Part shown: positions 19,153 through 28,690 of the stretch, piece by piece
Numbering within the stretch: position 1 is the stretch's first letter
How the letters are laid out: each line of letters opens with the position of its first letter
Source of the DNA: a virus
Virus record (IMG/VR): IMGVR_UViG_3300044695_008209
Location: 1 to 64,000 of that record
Reading direction: 5' to 3' (one strand)
DNA: 64,000 nucleotides
Made by a program: the position numbers and the translations under genes
The notes under the pieces: generated by a model
The model's database searches: none
What the model saw: only the letters and a program-made list of their open reading frames with translations
What the model was told of the DNA's origin: nothing

Positions 19153-19569
19153 TTATGACGTGGGCGGTTGCGGACTTTCGAGAACCTCGCAGACCTGGGC
19201 GTCCGGTGTCACCAGCCAGAGTTCGGTCTTGTGGGTCAGCTCGTTGTACCACTCGACCTTCACTGGAAGGAGGAGCATCGGGGGCAGCACATGGCGGAAG
19301 AAGTACAACACGGTGTCGTCGGCCCCCGCCTTGATGGAACAACACACGTGCCACGTCGGCACCCCGCTCACGTCCTGCACGTCGCGCGCCTGTTCCCAGC
19401 CATCCGGTTCGTAGCTCAGGGACCCGAAAGGGATGAAGTGCGCGCGAGGCATGGCTGCGAAGGAGTCGTGGATGGTGTCCCAAGACCCCCAGTGCAAGAG
19501 CGTGCGTACCCGGGCTGCTCCCTGCGGTGTGAGCGCGGCCGTGAACCTCAACGAGTAGTAGTCGCCCAT
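19153..19569 (-). CDS. hypothetical protein (138 aa)
   Basis: TGATG overlap; its TAA stop lies inside the next CATAAG. Confidence 0.65.
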   Translation of the reverse strand: MGDYYSLRFTAALTPQGAARVRTLLHWGSWDTIHDSFAAMPRAHFIPFGSLSYEPDGWEQARDVQDVSGVPTWHVCCSIKAGADDTVLYFFRHVLPPMLLLPVKVEWYNELTHKTELWLVTPDAQVCEVLESPQPPTS

Positions 19570-20663
19570 CAGGCCCTCACGATGACGGTCTTCGTCGGTG
19601 GTTTGGGGAGGTCAGCACCCTGGAGGTAGGGCGCCAGCAGGTATTCGACCAGGTAGAGTGGGCCACCCTTCCCCTCCTTCGTCTCGAGCACGCGCTCCTT
19701 GGCGGCGTCCTTCACCCAGTAGCGATGGAAGTGCCCCGAGATGTACTTCGGGTGCTTGAGCTTGCGCTCGGGAGCAGCCGCCTCCTCACGACCCTCGGCA
19801 GGGCGCGCGCTGCGCACCGTCTTGCTCAGGCTGAGCACGGTGTACGCGTCGAGGGTCTTCCCGCCCTCCTCCAGCAGCTTCTTCGCCTTCGCCGGTCTGC
19901 GCTTGGCCATCTTCTCGCCCATCTCGGGCTGCCGGCGCTCCGCCACCACGCTGGTGGTGTTCTGCATGGCATACAGCAGGTTCACGACCACGCGCTCGAG
20001 CTCGGCGATGCCGCCGAAAGCGTGCTTCGTGCCCTCGCCCAGCGGGATGCCCGGGCACAGGTGGAACACCACCAACGCGTCGTCCCGCATCTCCTTCAGG
20101 TTCCAGCGGAAGCCCTTGGGGCGGCCCACGCCGACGCAAGTGATGCCTTGGATGGCCTGGTACCCATCATCCGTGCTCACTACGGTGCGCTTCCCGTTCT
20201 TCAGGTGCTCGACTGTGTGGAAGTTCGGTGCGCCATCCTCGCCGCGGGGCACGGCGATGAGGTCCTTCACCAAGTAGAAGCCCTCGACCAGGTGCCGGCT
20301 CGTGTCGGGGTTCTCGATGTCGAACAGCGGGGGCAGGGTGACGTACATCCCGTTGTCTGGGATCCACGCTGGCAGGTCGAAGGTGCTCATGGGCATCTCC
20401 GTGTGCGTCAGCGTCTCGGCCAGCCCCTCCTCGAGGAAGTACACGGCCCTGCCGTTGTCCTTCCACGCCAGGAGGGCGAAGCACATGGCGCCCTGCGCCG
20501 TGTCGAAGCCGTCTCCGAGCCCGTCGAGCAGGCCTTGGATCTGACCAGAGGAGCGCAGTTCGCCTTCATCGAACTGCGCGCGCAGCGCAGCGTAGAGCGG
20601 GGGTCCGTAGATGCCCGCGAACATGATCTCGGGGTGTTGTTGCGAACGTGGGAGATACTTCAT
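19569..20663 (-). CDS. conserved hypothetical phage protein (364 aa, C-terminal GHFHRYW motif)
   Basis: Full CATAAG/GAGGTGAAC cassette start, strong codon bias. Confidence 0.8.
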   Translation of the reverse strand: MKYLPRSQQHPEIMFAGIYGPPLYAALRAQFDEGELRSSGQIQGLLDGLGDGFDTAQGAMCFALLAWKDNGRAVYFLEEGLAETLTHTEMPMSTFDLPAWIPDNGMYVTLPPLFDIENPDTSRHLVEGFYLVKDLIAVPRGEDGAPNFHTVEHLKNGKRTVVSTDDGYQAIQGITCVGVGRPKGFRWNLKEMRDDALVVFHLCPGIPLGEGTKHAFGGIAELERVVVNLLYAMQNTTSVVAERRQPEMGEKMAKRRPAKAKKLLEEGGKTLDAYTVLSLSKTVRSARPAEGREEAAAPERKLKHPKYISGHFHRYWVKDAAKERVLETKEGKGGPLYLVEYLLAPYLQGADLPKPPTKTVIVRA

Positions 20664-20739
20664 GGTTCACCTCACGGCCCTTATGACAGGAACAACCCGG
20701 AGCTAAACGGACAGCGGCCCCCGTGGGCTTGTCCTCCTC

Positions 20740-21396
20740 TCAGCTCGGACGCAGCGTGGTATTCAGCAGGAGCATGGCCTCGTGGGCCCGCTCTCTGCGC
20801 TCCGGGACGTGCACGTCGGGGTGCACGAGCCCAGCGAGCAGCCTCCACTCCTTCTTGCCGATGGTCGGTGTTGTCTCCCGCATTGCCCGCAGGCGCTCGA
20901 GGTCGACCTGTGCCTGGAGCTTCGCGAGTTCGGCCTCATCCCGCTCGCGCGCAAGCTGTTTCATCATGACCCGCATCGCCCCGACCTCCTCTGCCGCTAC
21001 GCGGCGCTCTTCGGCTACCTGCTTGAGGTTGCGCACCTCGCTGCGCAGGTGCTCATTGGCCTCCGCGAGCTGGGTCACACGTGCGAGTGCGTACGTCGCC
21101 TGCGCCTGCTCAGACTCGAACGCGCGAGTGACCTGCATGAGCATCTCCTCTCGCCGGTGGATGCGGTCGCGCGCTCCTTTCAGCACGCGGGCCAGCCTGT
21201 CGAGGTCAAGGCCCTCGGTCTCGAAGCGCTGCAGGCGCCTCAGCTCCACCATGTCGGCCCGGTGGCGCGCGCGCATCTCTGCAAGCACGCTGTTCGCCTC
21301 GTGGAGTTCGGCCTGGAGTTCTGCGTTCGAGCTCATGAGCTCTTCCCGCACTGTGAGCTTGGCCGCCCGGTGCCTTCCGTTTCTTCCCTTACCCAT
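20740..21396 (-). CDS. coiled-coil protein with C-terminal J-domain-like HPD motif
   Basis: KKEWRLLAGLVHPDV...ERAHEAMLLLN. Confidence 0.55.
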   Translation of the reverse strand: MGKGRNGRHRAAKLTVREELMSSNAELQAELHEANSVLAEMRARHRADMVELRRLQRFETEGLDLDRLARVLKGARDRIHRREEMLMQVTRAFESEQAQATYALARVTQLAEANEHLRSEVRNLKQVAEERRVAAEEVGAMRVMMKQLARERDEAELAKLQAQVDLERLRAMRETTPTIGKKEWRLLAGLVHPDVHVPERRERAHEAMLLLNTTLRPS

Positions 21397-21464
21397 GGTT
21401 CACCTCGGAGACTTATGCCCGGATGTACCCGCTAAATGAGGCGCCCAAGGGCGGCGCCTGTCCA

Positions 21465-22280
21465 TCACTCCTCGACCTTGACCGAGGGGTGCAGGTAGAC
21501 CCGCTCCTCCTCTTCTCCGTCGAGGCGCGCCATGTCGCGCACGGGTGACTCGCCGGCGGTCATGGCCTCCACGATGTCCTCCGTGGACACCTTCCCGCGC
21601 ACCAGGATGAAGCCCAGGCCCTCCCAGAAGAAGGAGCCGTGCACGTCGTGGCCGAAGCGCGCCCAGCGCTCGCTGATGCCCTTCCGCACGGCCAGCCGCG
21701 CAGTCTCGTCTCCGGCGCTCTCGTAGCGGAAGCCGTAGCGCCGCGGGAACGTGTGCTTCACCAGCTCCACGATGTTCCCGTTGCCGTCCACCTTCACGAT
21801 GTCGGCCCAATGGTAGCCCTTCTCCAGCGGCTGGTTGTCGAGCATCCGCAGCGTCGGGCCCAGCTTGCGCGCCCACAGGGACTCGCCGGAGAAGCGGACC
21901 TTGGTGTGCGGCCAGCGCTCGCTGCGCACAGGCTCCTCCAGCTTGTAGTACTCGTCGAAATCGAACTCGATTGCGTCAGACACGTTCACCTCTTTGGTTG
22001 GTTCGAGGCGGAACCACACCCAGTAGTTCCGGGTGTGGCAGCTCCGCCAGGGGTTCTTCTCGGGCCACGGGGCCTCTCGCTTCTTCAGCTCCTCTTCTCG
22101 CCACCCGGCCCAGACGATGTCCCAGGCCGTGCTCCTGGCCCGCACCACCGCCATGTCCTCCTTCGCCATGTGGGCCTTGGCGAAGAACTGCACCTCGGCG
22201 TACGGCCGTCGAGGGTCCTGGAGGTCGGGGCAGAGCCGCTTGTGGACCTCTTCGGGCAGGTCTGCCCAGATCACGGCCAC
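21465..22280 (-). CDS. hypothetical protein (271 aa)
   Basis: Codon bias; followed by hairpin-TTTAGC. Confidence 0.7.
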   Translation of the reverse strand: MAVIWADLPEEVHKRLCPDLQDPRRPYAEVQFFAKAHMAKEDMAVVRARSTAWDIVWAGWREEELKKREAPWPEKNPWRSCHTRNYWVWFRLEPTKEVNVSDAIEFDFDEYYKLEEPVRSERWPHTKVRFSGESLWARKLGPTLRMLDNQPLEKGYHWADIVKVDGNGNIVELVKHTFPRRYGFRYESAGDETARLAVRKGISERWARFGHDVHGSFFWEGLGFILVRGKVSTEDIVEAMTAGESPVRDMARLDGEEEERVYLHPSVKVEE

Positions 22281-22282
22281 GG

Positions 22283-22606
22283 TCAGTACATCAGCTGGCG
22301 CCAGGCGCGCGCCGCGGTGAAGTGTGCGACTGCCCCGACCTGGTGCTCGGGCGGCAGCACCGAGGCTGCCTTGAGGATCTCCGCAGCCCAGGTCGCCGCG
22401 AACACGCCCTTGCCGTGGGCGTTCAGCAGCGCGCGGCTCTGGGCCGTCTGCGCGAGGTCAGGACTCAGCCCCTCCTCGTGGAGCATGCGCAGCACGAGCT
22501 CGGGCCCGAAGCCCTTGTCCACGGTCCCTGAAAGGTGGGCCACCATGCCCGCGATCGAGAAGCGGGCCACCACGCGCACGAAGCGCTCGAAGGTGTTGAA
22601 GTCCAT
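22283..22606 (-). CDS. hypothetical protein (107 aa)
   Basis: TGATG overlap. Confidence 0.7.
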   Translation of the reverse strand: MDFNTFERFVRVVARFSIAGMVAHLSGTVDKGFGPELVLRMLHEEGLSPDLAQTAQSRALLNAHGKGVFAATWAAEILKAASVLPPEHQVGAVAHFTAARAWRQLMY

Positions 22607-23076
22607 CAGCGCCACACCACGGCGGCGCCGATGTCCAGCAGCTGCTGCACACCCGGGGACTCGAGGTTGCGCACGCCGAGGCTCTTGGGCAGAGACTCGA
22701 CCAGGTCCTTGGCCTCCTTGAGCCCGAGGTCGGTGATGCTGCGCACGGCCTTGATCGTCTCGATCTTCCCGCTGGTGACCCAGGCACCGGAGTCCGTCTT
22801 CCTGTCCTCCGCCATCTTCAGGAGCCACAGGTCGCCGTTGAGGAGGGGAGGCCTCGTTGGCGACACACCGGCCTCAGCGGCGTCCTTCAGGGCCACGATG
22901 TGGTTGAGGGTGTTGGTGAGCAGTCGGGAGAGCCCGGCTGCCGTCTCCAGCAGCACCGACAACTCCGGGTCGGTCTTCCGCATCGGGATGCCGAGGTTGC
23001 CGAGCTCGTGCGCGATGTACTCGGCGTACGTGGCGCACCCGCGGATGCGGTCGTGGGGTTCAGGGACGTTGGACAT
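22606..23076 (-). CDS. protein with C-terminal ribosomal protein L7/L12 (bL12) CTD
   Basis: GKIETIKAVRSITDLGLKEAKDLVESLPK matches the bL12 CTD signature. Confidence 0.8.
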   Translation of the reverse strand: MSNVPEPHDRIRGCATYAEYIAHELGNLGIPMRKTDPELSVLLETAAGLSRLLTNTLNHIVALKDAAEAGVSPTRPPLLNGDLWLLKMAEDRKTDSGAWVTSGKIETIKAVRSITDLGLKEAKDLVESLPKSLGVRNLESPGVQQLLDIGAAVVWR

Positions 23077-23154
23077 GGTTGACCTCCGCAGTTCTTATGG
23101 CCGCAAACCTGCAGATCTAAAGAACAGAGCCCCTGCGGGTTGTCCTTGCAACCG

Positions 23155-23367
23155 TCAGTCCTTGCCGTCGCCGGTGTAGCCGGGGGGCTGCTGCACGGTC
23201 GCAGTAGCGGCGAGGTCGTACTCACCCGTCGGCATGTCCCTCTGGTCGAGGACAGGTGTGACGGAGGTGTTGAGATCGAGCACGCTCATGTTGAAGTGCC
23301 TCACGATGTACTCCTTGCACGCCTGAGCGATCTCTCTCTTGGTCAAGGTGATCTTCATCGTGGCCAT
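23155..23367 (-). CDS. hypothetical protein (70 aa)
   Basis: TGATG overlap. Confidence 0.65.
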   Translation of the reverse strand: MATMKITLTKREIAQACKEYIVRHFNMSVLDLNTSVTPVLDQRDMPTGEYDLAATATVQQPPGYTGDGKD

Positions 23368-23600
23368 CAGCCCTTCCTCAGTGCGTGCTTCGTGATCACC
23401 GCCTCGGCCCACAGGCGCTCGAGCTCTTCCTGCGCCAGGTCGCACCCCTTGTTCATGGCCACGACCTTCGTGCCGAACTTCACGTCGCTCTTCTCCCCGT
23501 GCACGTGATGGACCACACCTCGAGCGATGAAGCCGTACCCCTCCTCCTTCAGGTACGTCTTCAGGTTCGAGTCCTCGACGAGCGTGTACGTGGGCATCAC
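23367..23600 (-). CDS. hypothetical protein (77 aa)
   Basis: GTGA overlap. Confidence 0.65.
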   Translation of the reverse strand: MMPTYTLVEDSNLKTYLKEEGYGFIARGVVHHVHGEKSDVKFGTKVVAMNKGCDLAQEELERLWAEAVITKHALRKG

Positions 23601-24598
23601 TCCCTCTCTTCCAAGGCCAAAGCAAGGCTCTCGACCTGGACGCTGAGCATGTCGAGCCTCGCGTCGATCTCCAAGCGCAGCTCCTCGATCTTCTTCTTGA
23701 GCATGTCCCTGTTCGAGAACACCAGGGCACGCACGTACTTGACCGTGGCGGGTGAGTCGGGGTCGAGTTTCTCCTTCTCCTCAGCAGGCTCCTCGACCGG
23801 CTTCGCAACCTCCTCGGCCTCCGGCACCTCGGGGCTCTTCGTGTGGGACACCACCGTGGCGCTGTCCCACTCGCGGATACCAGGGAAGGTAGGCTCGAGC
23901 AGCACATAGAGCTCCTCGTGGTCCTTCTGAAAGAGGCCGAGGTCGTTGCACTTCGCCACCCCCGCACTGACTGCGAGATCACGGAGCTCGGGCTTCTTGG
24001 GCTTGTCCGGCGGTGTTGAGCTACGCTCGGTCAGGCGCTGGTGGCCTCCCTTCTTGCGTGCCGCCACGCGCGCGACAGCCACCATCTTGGGTGGTGGGGC
24101 CTGGACTACCCCCGCCGACATCAACACCGACACGATGCCGTCGACGTAGTCCCCGACGGCCACCCCACCCGCCCTCTCGGCCAGCTGCACCAAGCTGTAG
24201 TAGGTGGTGGTGCTGACCTGCACCATCTTCCGGTTCTTCTCTGCAGCCATCATTGCCTCCTCTGCGACGTCGGGGTTCGGGTGAAAGACCACTGTGTCCT
24301 GGCGCGCCTTCCAGCGTGCCCAGGCCTCGCACAGCTCCGGGATGTAGCAGTGGTACATCGACTGTCGCGGCCCACCGATGGCCGCCCTGCTCTCGTTCCA
24401 CATCTTCGACTCCAGGGACATGGAGGAGTAGTCCGGTCCCTTGCTGCTCCACCTGGCGATGCAGCAGACACCGAGGGTCTCTCGAGGGCACACGTACAGG
24501 TCGAAGTCGTACATGTGCGTGTAGTGCCCGAGGAAGATGCACGCCTCGCAGTCGTGCTCGTATCGGGGCTTCTGGTCGCTGCGCTCTATCGAACCCAT
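23597..24598 (-). CDS. hypothetical multi-domain protein (333 aa)
   Basis: Start MGSIERS, TGATG overlap. Confidence 0.7.
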   Translation of the reverse strand: MGSIERSDQKPRYEHDCEACIFLGHYTHMYDFDLYVCPRETLGVCCIARWSSKGPDYSSMSLESKMWNESRAAIGGPRQSMYHCYIPELCEAWARWKARQDTVVFHPNPDVAEEAMMAAEKNRKMVQVSTTTYYSLVQLAERAGGVAVGDYVDGIVSVLMSAGVVQAPPPKMVAVARVAARKKGGHQRLTERSSTPPDKPKKPELRDLAVSAGVAKCNDLGLFQKDHEELYVLLEPTFPGIREWDSATVVSHTKSPEVPEAEEVAKPVEEPAEEKEKLDPDSPATVKYVRALVFSNRDMLKKKIEELRLEIDARLDMLSVQVESLALALEERE

Positions 24599-24861
24599 CA
24601 GATCTCCCTTTCGGACTCGTTGGGGGTGAACCACACCTGCTTGTGCTTGCTGAAGCACCGGCCAGCGTGCCCAGGCTTCAGCTCGTGCCCCGTGCCTGCG
24701 AGGCGGAAGCGCCGAACGCACTCTCCCTCACTGGGGTCGACGCGCGCCCACACGCACAGCACTCCGCCCTGCACCGCCGTGTGCAGGAGCACCGCGTTCT
24801 TCTTCATCTCCACCGACGGGTAGTCCACCGCCGACAGAACGTACTTGTACACAACAGCCAT
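24598..24861 (-). CDS. hypothetical protein (87 aa)
   Basis: CATAAG-GGAGGTC-ATG. Confidence 0.7.
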   Translation of the reverse strand: MAVVYKYVLSAVDYPSVEMKKNAVLLHTAVQGGVLCVWARVDPSEGECVRRFRLAGTGHELKPGHAGRCFSKHKQVWFTPNESEREI

Positions 24862-24940
24862 CTTGACCTCCACCATGCTTATGACCGTTTACGGCTAAAC
24901 GAACAGCACCCACTGGGTGTGTCCGCCCACCTACCGTTCC

Positions 24941-25213
24941 CTACTCCGGATACAGCACGAGTTCGCCAAACTGCACGTTCAGCGCACACGCCAGGTCCAT
25001 CAACGTGTTCAATCGCGGATTGCTCGTGCCGGACTCGATGGCGACCACCGTGGCGCGCGACATGCCAGATGCTTCGGCCATCTCGGCCTGCGTCCACCCT
25101 TTCGCCAGACGCCACCGCACGATGTTGCGCGCCAACGTCATCCCCAACCCGTCTCCGTCTCGATGGAGGAGAAAGTCATTGGCGCGGTTGATGTGTGTTG
25201 GGACAGAAGACAC
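24941..25213 (-). CDS. XRE-family HTH transcriptional regulator
   Basis: NIVRWRLAKGWTQAEMAEASGMSRATVVAIESGTSNPRLNTLMDLACAL. Confidence 0.92.
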   Translation of the reverse strand: MSSVPTHINRANDFLLHRDGDGLGMTLARNIVRWRLAKGWTQAEMAEASGMSRATVVAIESGTSNPRLNTLMDLACALNVQFGELVLYPE

Positions 25214-25289
25214 GTTCACCTCAAGCTCCTTATGACCGATTCAAGGCAGGTCTAATGAACAGAGCCCCCGTGAGGAGGATGTTCGCGCC

Positions 25290-25673
25290 TCAGTCCCACA
25301 CCATGCGACGCACATCGGCCCAGGACCCCATCGGCTGCCCGAGTCCTTCGGCGACGTAGATGACGAGTGCGGCCTTGTAGACGTGGACCTGCATCTCCAT
25401 CAGCTGTCTCTTCGGGTACAGGTCCAGCAGCTGCTTGCCGTCACCGGCATAGTACGAGCGCACCTGGTCTTCACGCTCGAACAGCTGCGCGTACAGCATG
25501 TCCATGTCAGCGGCGTACCTCAGGCGCCGAGGCGCAAGCCGCCGCACGGCCTCAAGCGCTTCAGGCACTTTCGCCCAGTAGCGATCTACGACCGGGAAGA
25601 CAGTCCCAGAACAGGCCTCGGAGAGATCCTGCTTGAGTCGTACCGTCTGGTACATCCCCAGGGACAGGCCCAT
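25290..25673 (-). CDS. hypothetical protein (127 aa)
   Basis: TGATG overlap. Confidence 0.7.
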   Translation of the reverse strand: MGLSLGMYQTVRLKQDLSEACSGTVFPVVDRYWAKVPEALEAVRRLAPRRLRYAADMDMLYAQLFEREDQVRSYYAGDGKQLLDLYPKRQLMEMQVHVYKAALVIYVAEGLGQPMGSWADVRRMVWD

Positions 25674-26293
25674 CAGCTTCCCCCCGCGCGAACGCGCTTC
25701 AGCACCATCGCGTGGACCGCATGTACGGCCGCACGTGTGCCGTACATGTGCGCTGCCCAGGACAGTCGACCGCGGTCGCCACCGTGAACGTGGTTCCGCA
25801 CATTGTACCAGGGCATGTACCAGTCACCACCACAAGCTGTAGCGTCGGCCGGGCGCGCCTCCTGCTGCGCGAAGATGTCCTCGAGCTCGCCGTTCTCGAG
25901 GATGAGCCACCACCGGCAATCTGCATCGTGGTCGAGCACGAGCAGCGCCTCCTCTTCAGGCAGGAGGAGGATGTCGCTGGGGGTGCGCGAGGGCGCGACC
26001 GCCGGCACGGCACCCCAGAGCTCACCCTCATCGTCCTTGTGGCAGACCCACTTCCAGCCGGCGTAGTGCAGCACCAGCTCGTGACCCGCGATGTGCAGCT
26101 CGACCAGCTGGTCTGTTGACCAGTCGCCCTGGGCGCCGTCCACGGTCCAGTGCGCTACACCGAGTTCGCCCACGTCGTCGCTGACGTCGAAGTTCGAGAA
26201 GCGCCGGGAGTTCAGACGCGAGTTGATCAGCGGGAGCAGGTCGCGGTCGTCGTTGATGGGATGCGTGGAGTAGTCAGAGAACGTAACAAACAT
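25673..26293 (-). CDS. hypothetical protein (206 aa)
   Basis: CATAAG-6nt-GAGGTGAATC-ATG. Confidence 0.75.
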   Translation of the reverse strand: MFVTFSDYSTHPINDDRDLLPLINSRLNSRRFSNFDVSDDVGELGVAHWTVDGAQGDWSTDQLVELHIAGHELVLHYAGWKWVCHKDDEGELWGAVPAVAPSRTPSDILLLPEEEALLVLDHDADCRWWLILENGELEDIFAQQEARPADATACGGDWYMPWYNVRNHVHGGDRGRLSWAAHMYGTRAAVHAVHAMVLKRVRAGGS

Positions 26294-26319
26294 GATTCAC
26301 CTCAAGCTCCTTATGACCG

Positions 26320-27180
26320 CGCATCAACGCGTTTCGCATCAACCGCACCAGGAACAAATCGCCCCAACCGCTCTCGAAGGAACGCACACCACGCACACTA
26401 CAGTACCAAGGACACTCCCGTAGGAACGAAATCGGCGCATCAGGGCACGCAGGGTGAGTAGTGCGCATACAGGTAAGAACAGGGCAAGCTATGCGTTCTA
26501 AGGAATAGCAGAATGGGCTTCTTAGGGCTATTCATACAAGAACAGCATGCGCATAGGCACTCTTGTGTGTAAGAACAGTACGCGTATGGGCCATCTTGAG
26601 TGCACACAGAGTGCGTCAGCAGGGCGAAATCGCGTCTTTGTGTCTGTGGTGAACACCGCCCGGGCCGGATTTGGTCATGTTCACAACACGCACTCCTACG
26701 AGGGTTCTTGTACACGGTGTTTGCGCGCACTTCTTGCACACGCACCCACATGTACGGGCTAACACAATGACGCCACCAAGGGACGCCACCTCCTTGCGGG
26801 GGTGTGCGTGATGGGAGTCGAACCCATAGTTCACTGCTCAACTCTTATGGACGCGTTTCACGCAGATTTGCACACACGCTCATGCACGCTGCAGGACGCG
26901 CACAAGCACTCTCGTAGAGCTTAGCGTGTAGGTCCTTAGGGCCAGAGGAATCGCACCTGGGTGGAAGAAGGGGACACAGAGGTACCCAAGGCCCCAGCAC
27001 GATTTTGCTCGTACCTAAAATCAGCACTAAGACCCCCACTCTGAGGTACCTGAAGTCCTGGGCCGCGTTTGGTGCGTCTTGAAACAGGCACTTTCAGGGC
27101 GACTCCAGAACTGCTACTCCCGACACCAGTCCTACGTTCCACCACATTTCCGGGTACGGGAATGGTCGTCTTGAGAACGG
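26320..27180. other. ~860-nt low-GC non-coding block (origin/regulatory candidate)
   Basis: No ORF with the genome's codon bias; repeated AAGAACAG, GCGCATA and GCACAC words. Confidence 0.55.
26765..26837 (-). ncRNA. candidate small RNA with T-loop hairpin and GNRA hairpin
   Basis: CATAAG at 26844-26849; ATGGG-TTCGACT-CCCAT; CACCCCC-GCAA-GGAGGTG; GTTAGC at 26758. Confidence 0.4.
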
Positions 27181-27222
27181 GCTAAACAGGCACCCCCTTG
27201 CGGGAGGGTGGCTGTCGTGGCG

Positions 27223-27765
27223 TCAGTCGAATGGCGACCTGGAGAACATCTCCCGGAGCGGCCGCAGGTGCGGCTTCCGGAAGCTGCTGCTCCAGTTGAG
27301 GACCTCGCGCAGGTCCTCCGTCATCCAGCCCTTCGCCTCCAGCTTCGCCCGGAGGCGACGCTGGTACTGCGCGGAGATGGTCGGGGTGTGCCCGCACTCC
27401 GCAGCCGGAAGGCCACGGAAGCTGATATCCCACCCCACCTGCCACTTCCTCTCCTCGGTGGCCTTCTGCCAGGAGTCGAGGTCCTTCCAGGCGGCCGCCT
27501 GGAACGCCACCGCGGCACGGAGCAGGACGGCGACTTCTCGCGCCTCCTCCATCGCCCGAGCCTGGGCCTTCGCGGCACGGGCGGCCCGACGGGCGGCGAT
27601 CCTGGGGGCGCGCTGCTCCGCACGCCAGACGTCGATCGACGCGCGGAGGCGGATGGATGCCGCGAACCGCGCGGGATGCGTGGCTCCGGCGGCCCGGGCC
27701 TCCGCCGCGGTCAGAGTGAGCTTGCGCTCGCGCGGGACTACAACCTTCTTGACGATAGCAGCCAT
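27223..27765 (-). CDS. hypothetical Arg/Ala-rich protein (180 aa)
   Basis: Full cassette start. Confidence 0.75.
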   Translation of the reverse strand: MAAIVKKVVVPRERKLTLTAAEARAAGATHPARFAASIRLRASIDVWRAEQRAPRIAARRAARAAKAQARAMEEAREVAVLLRAAVAFQAAAWKDLDSWQKATEERKWQVGWDISFRGLPAAECGHTPTISAQYQRRLRAKLEAKGWMTEDLREVLNWSSSFRKPHLRPLREMFSRSPFD

Positions 27766-27865
27766 GTTCACCTCACACTACTTATGTCCGAAATGGAGGG
27801 GTTCTTGAGGGCGGGCTAAACGCACGGCACCCTCACGGGGTCGTGCGTTCCACTCGGGGCGCTCG

Positions 27866-28246
27866 TCAGTTGACGAACACGCCCGAGTCCCCGTCGAGGA
27901 TGCGCTGCGCGATGCGGTTCCCGTGCATCTCGCCGAGCTCGGTGAACTTGGGCAGCATCGAGGACATCTTCCCCATCACGCGGACCCCGATGGGGTCCTC
28001 GTAGAAGGCGATGATGAACTCCAGCTCCTGCTCGTCCATCGCCTCGGCGTACACCGCGCCGAGATCGCTCTTCATCGCCTCGAGAATGCCCTTGCCGAGG
28101 GCGTCCCACTGGGCGTCGGTCGGCGCGAACAGCATCGGGAAGCCCTTGAACGCCTGCAGCATGGCGTTGACCATCTGCTCCATCGTGGTGGTGATCTGGG
28201 GCAGGTTGATGAGCTTGTTGGCCAGCTCGAGCCGGGTGGTGGACAT
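27866..28246 (-). CDS. DUF2059-like protein
   Basis: AVYAEAMDEQELEFIIAFYEDPIGVRVMGK. Confidence 0.7.
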   Translation of the reverse strand: MSTTRLELANKLINLPQITTTMEQMVNAMLQAFKGFPMLFAPTDAQWDALGKGILEAMKSDLGAVYAEAMDEQELEFIIAFYEDPIGVRVMGKMSSMLPKFTELGEMHGNRIAQRILDGDSGVFVN

Positions 28247-28435
28247 CGTAGATTCCGGTGACGAGAGGAAGGTTGTAGTTCCCGTCACTCTACTTATGCC
28301 CATAAAAGTACCGTTCTTGCGTCCAGCTAAACGGGCGCCCGCAACGGCGGTTCCCGTCCCTGATGTCGCAGCCTGCGACACAGACCGGGGGAGTCCCCTC
28401 CCCCGGTCCTTCACGCGCGCGAACCGCCGGACGCC

Positions 28436-28690
28436 TCAGCCGGGCGGCGCGAACATCGGCAGGTACCACGCGTTCGGCTGGTTCTTGAGCAGCCAGGCGT
28501 GCGCGACGCTCCGTGCCATGAGGAGCAGAGCCGCCTGCAGCATCGGCGGGTAGTCGGCGACGGGGTCCGCCCACCGGTTCGACATCGTGTCCTTCATCAC
28601 CTCCTTGACCTCGACCATGACCGCGGGGACGTCCTCGGGCCACAAGCCGCGCTCCTCGAGGTGGCCAGCGACGAGCTTCTCGAACGTCAT
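28436..28690 (-). CDS. hypothetical protein (84 aa)
   Basis: ATGA overlap. Confidence 0.7.
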   Translation of the reverse strand: MTFEKLVAGHLEERGLWPEDVPAVMVEVKEVMKDTMSNRWADPVADYPPMLQAALLLMARSVAHAWLLKNQPNAWYLPMFAPPG

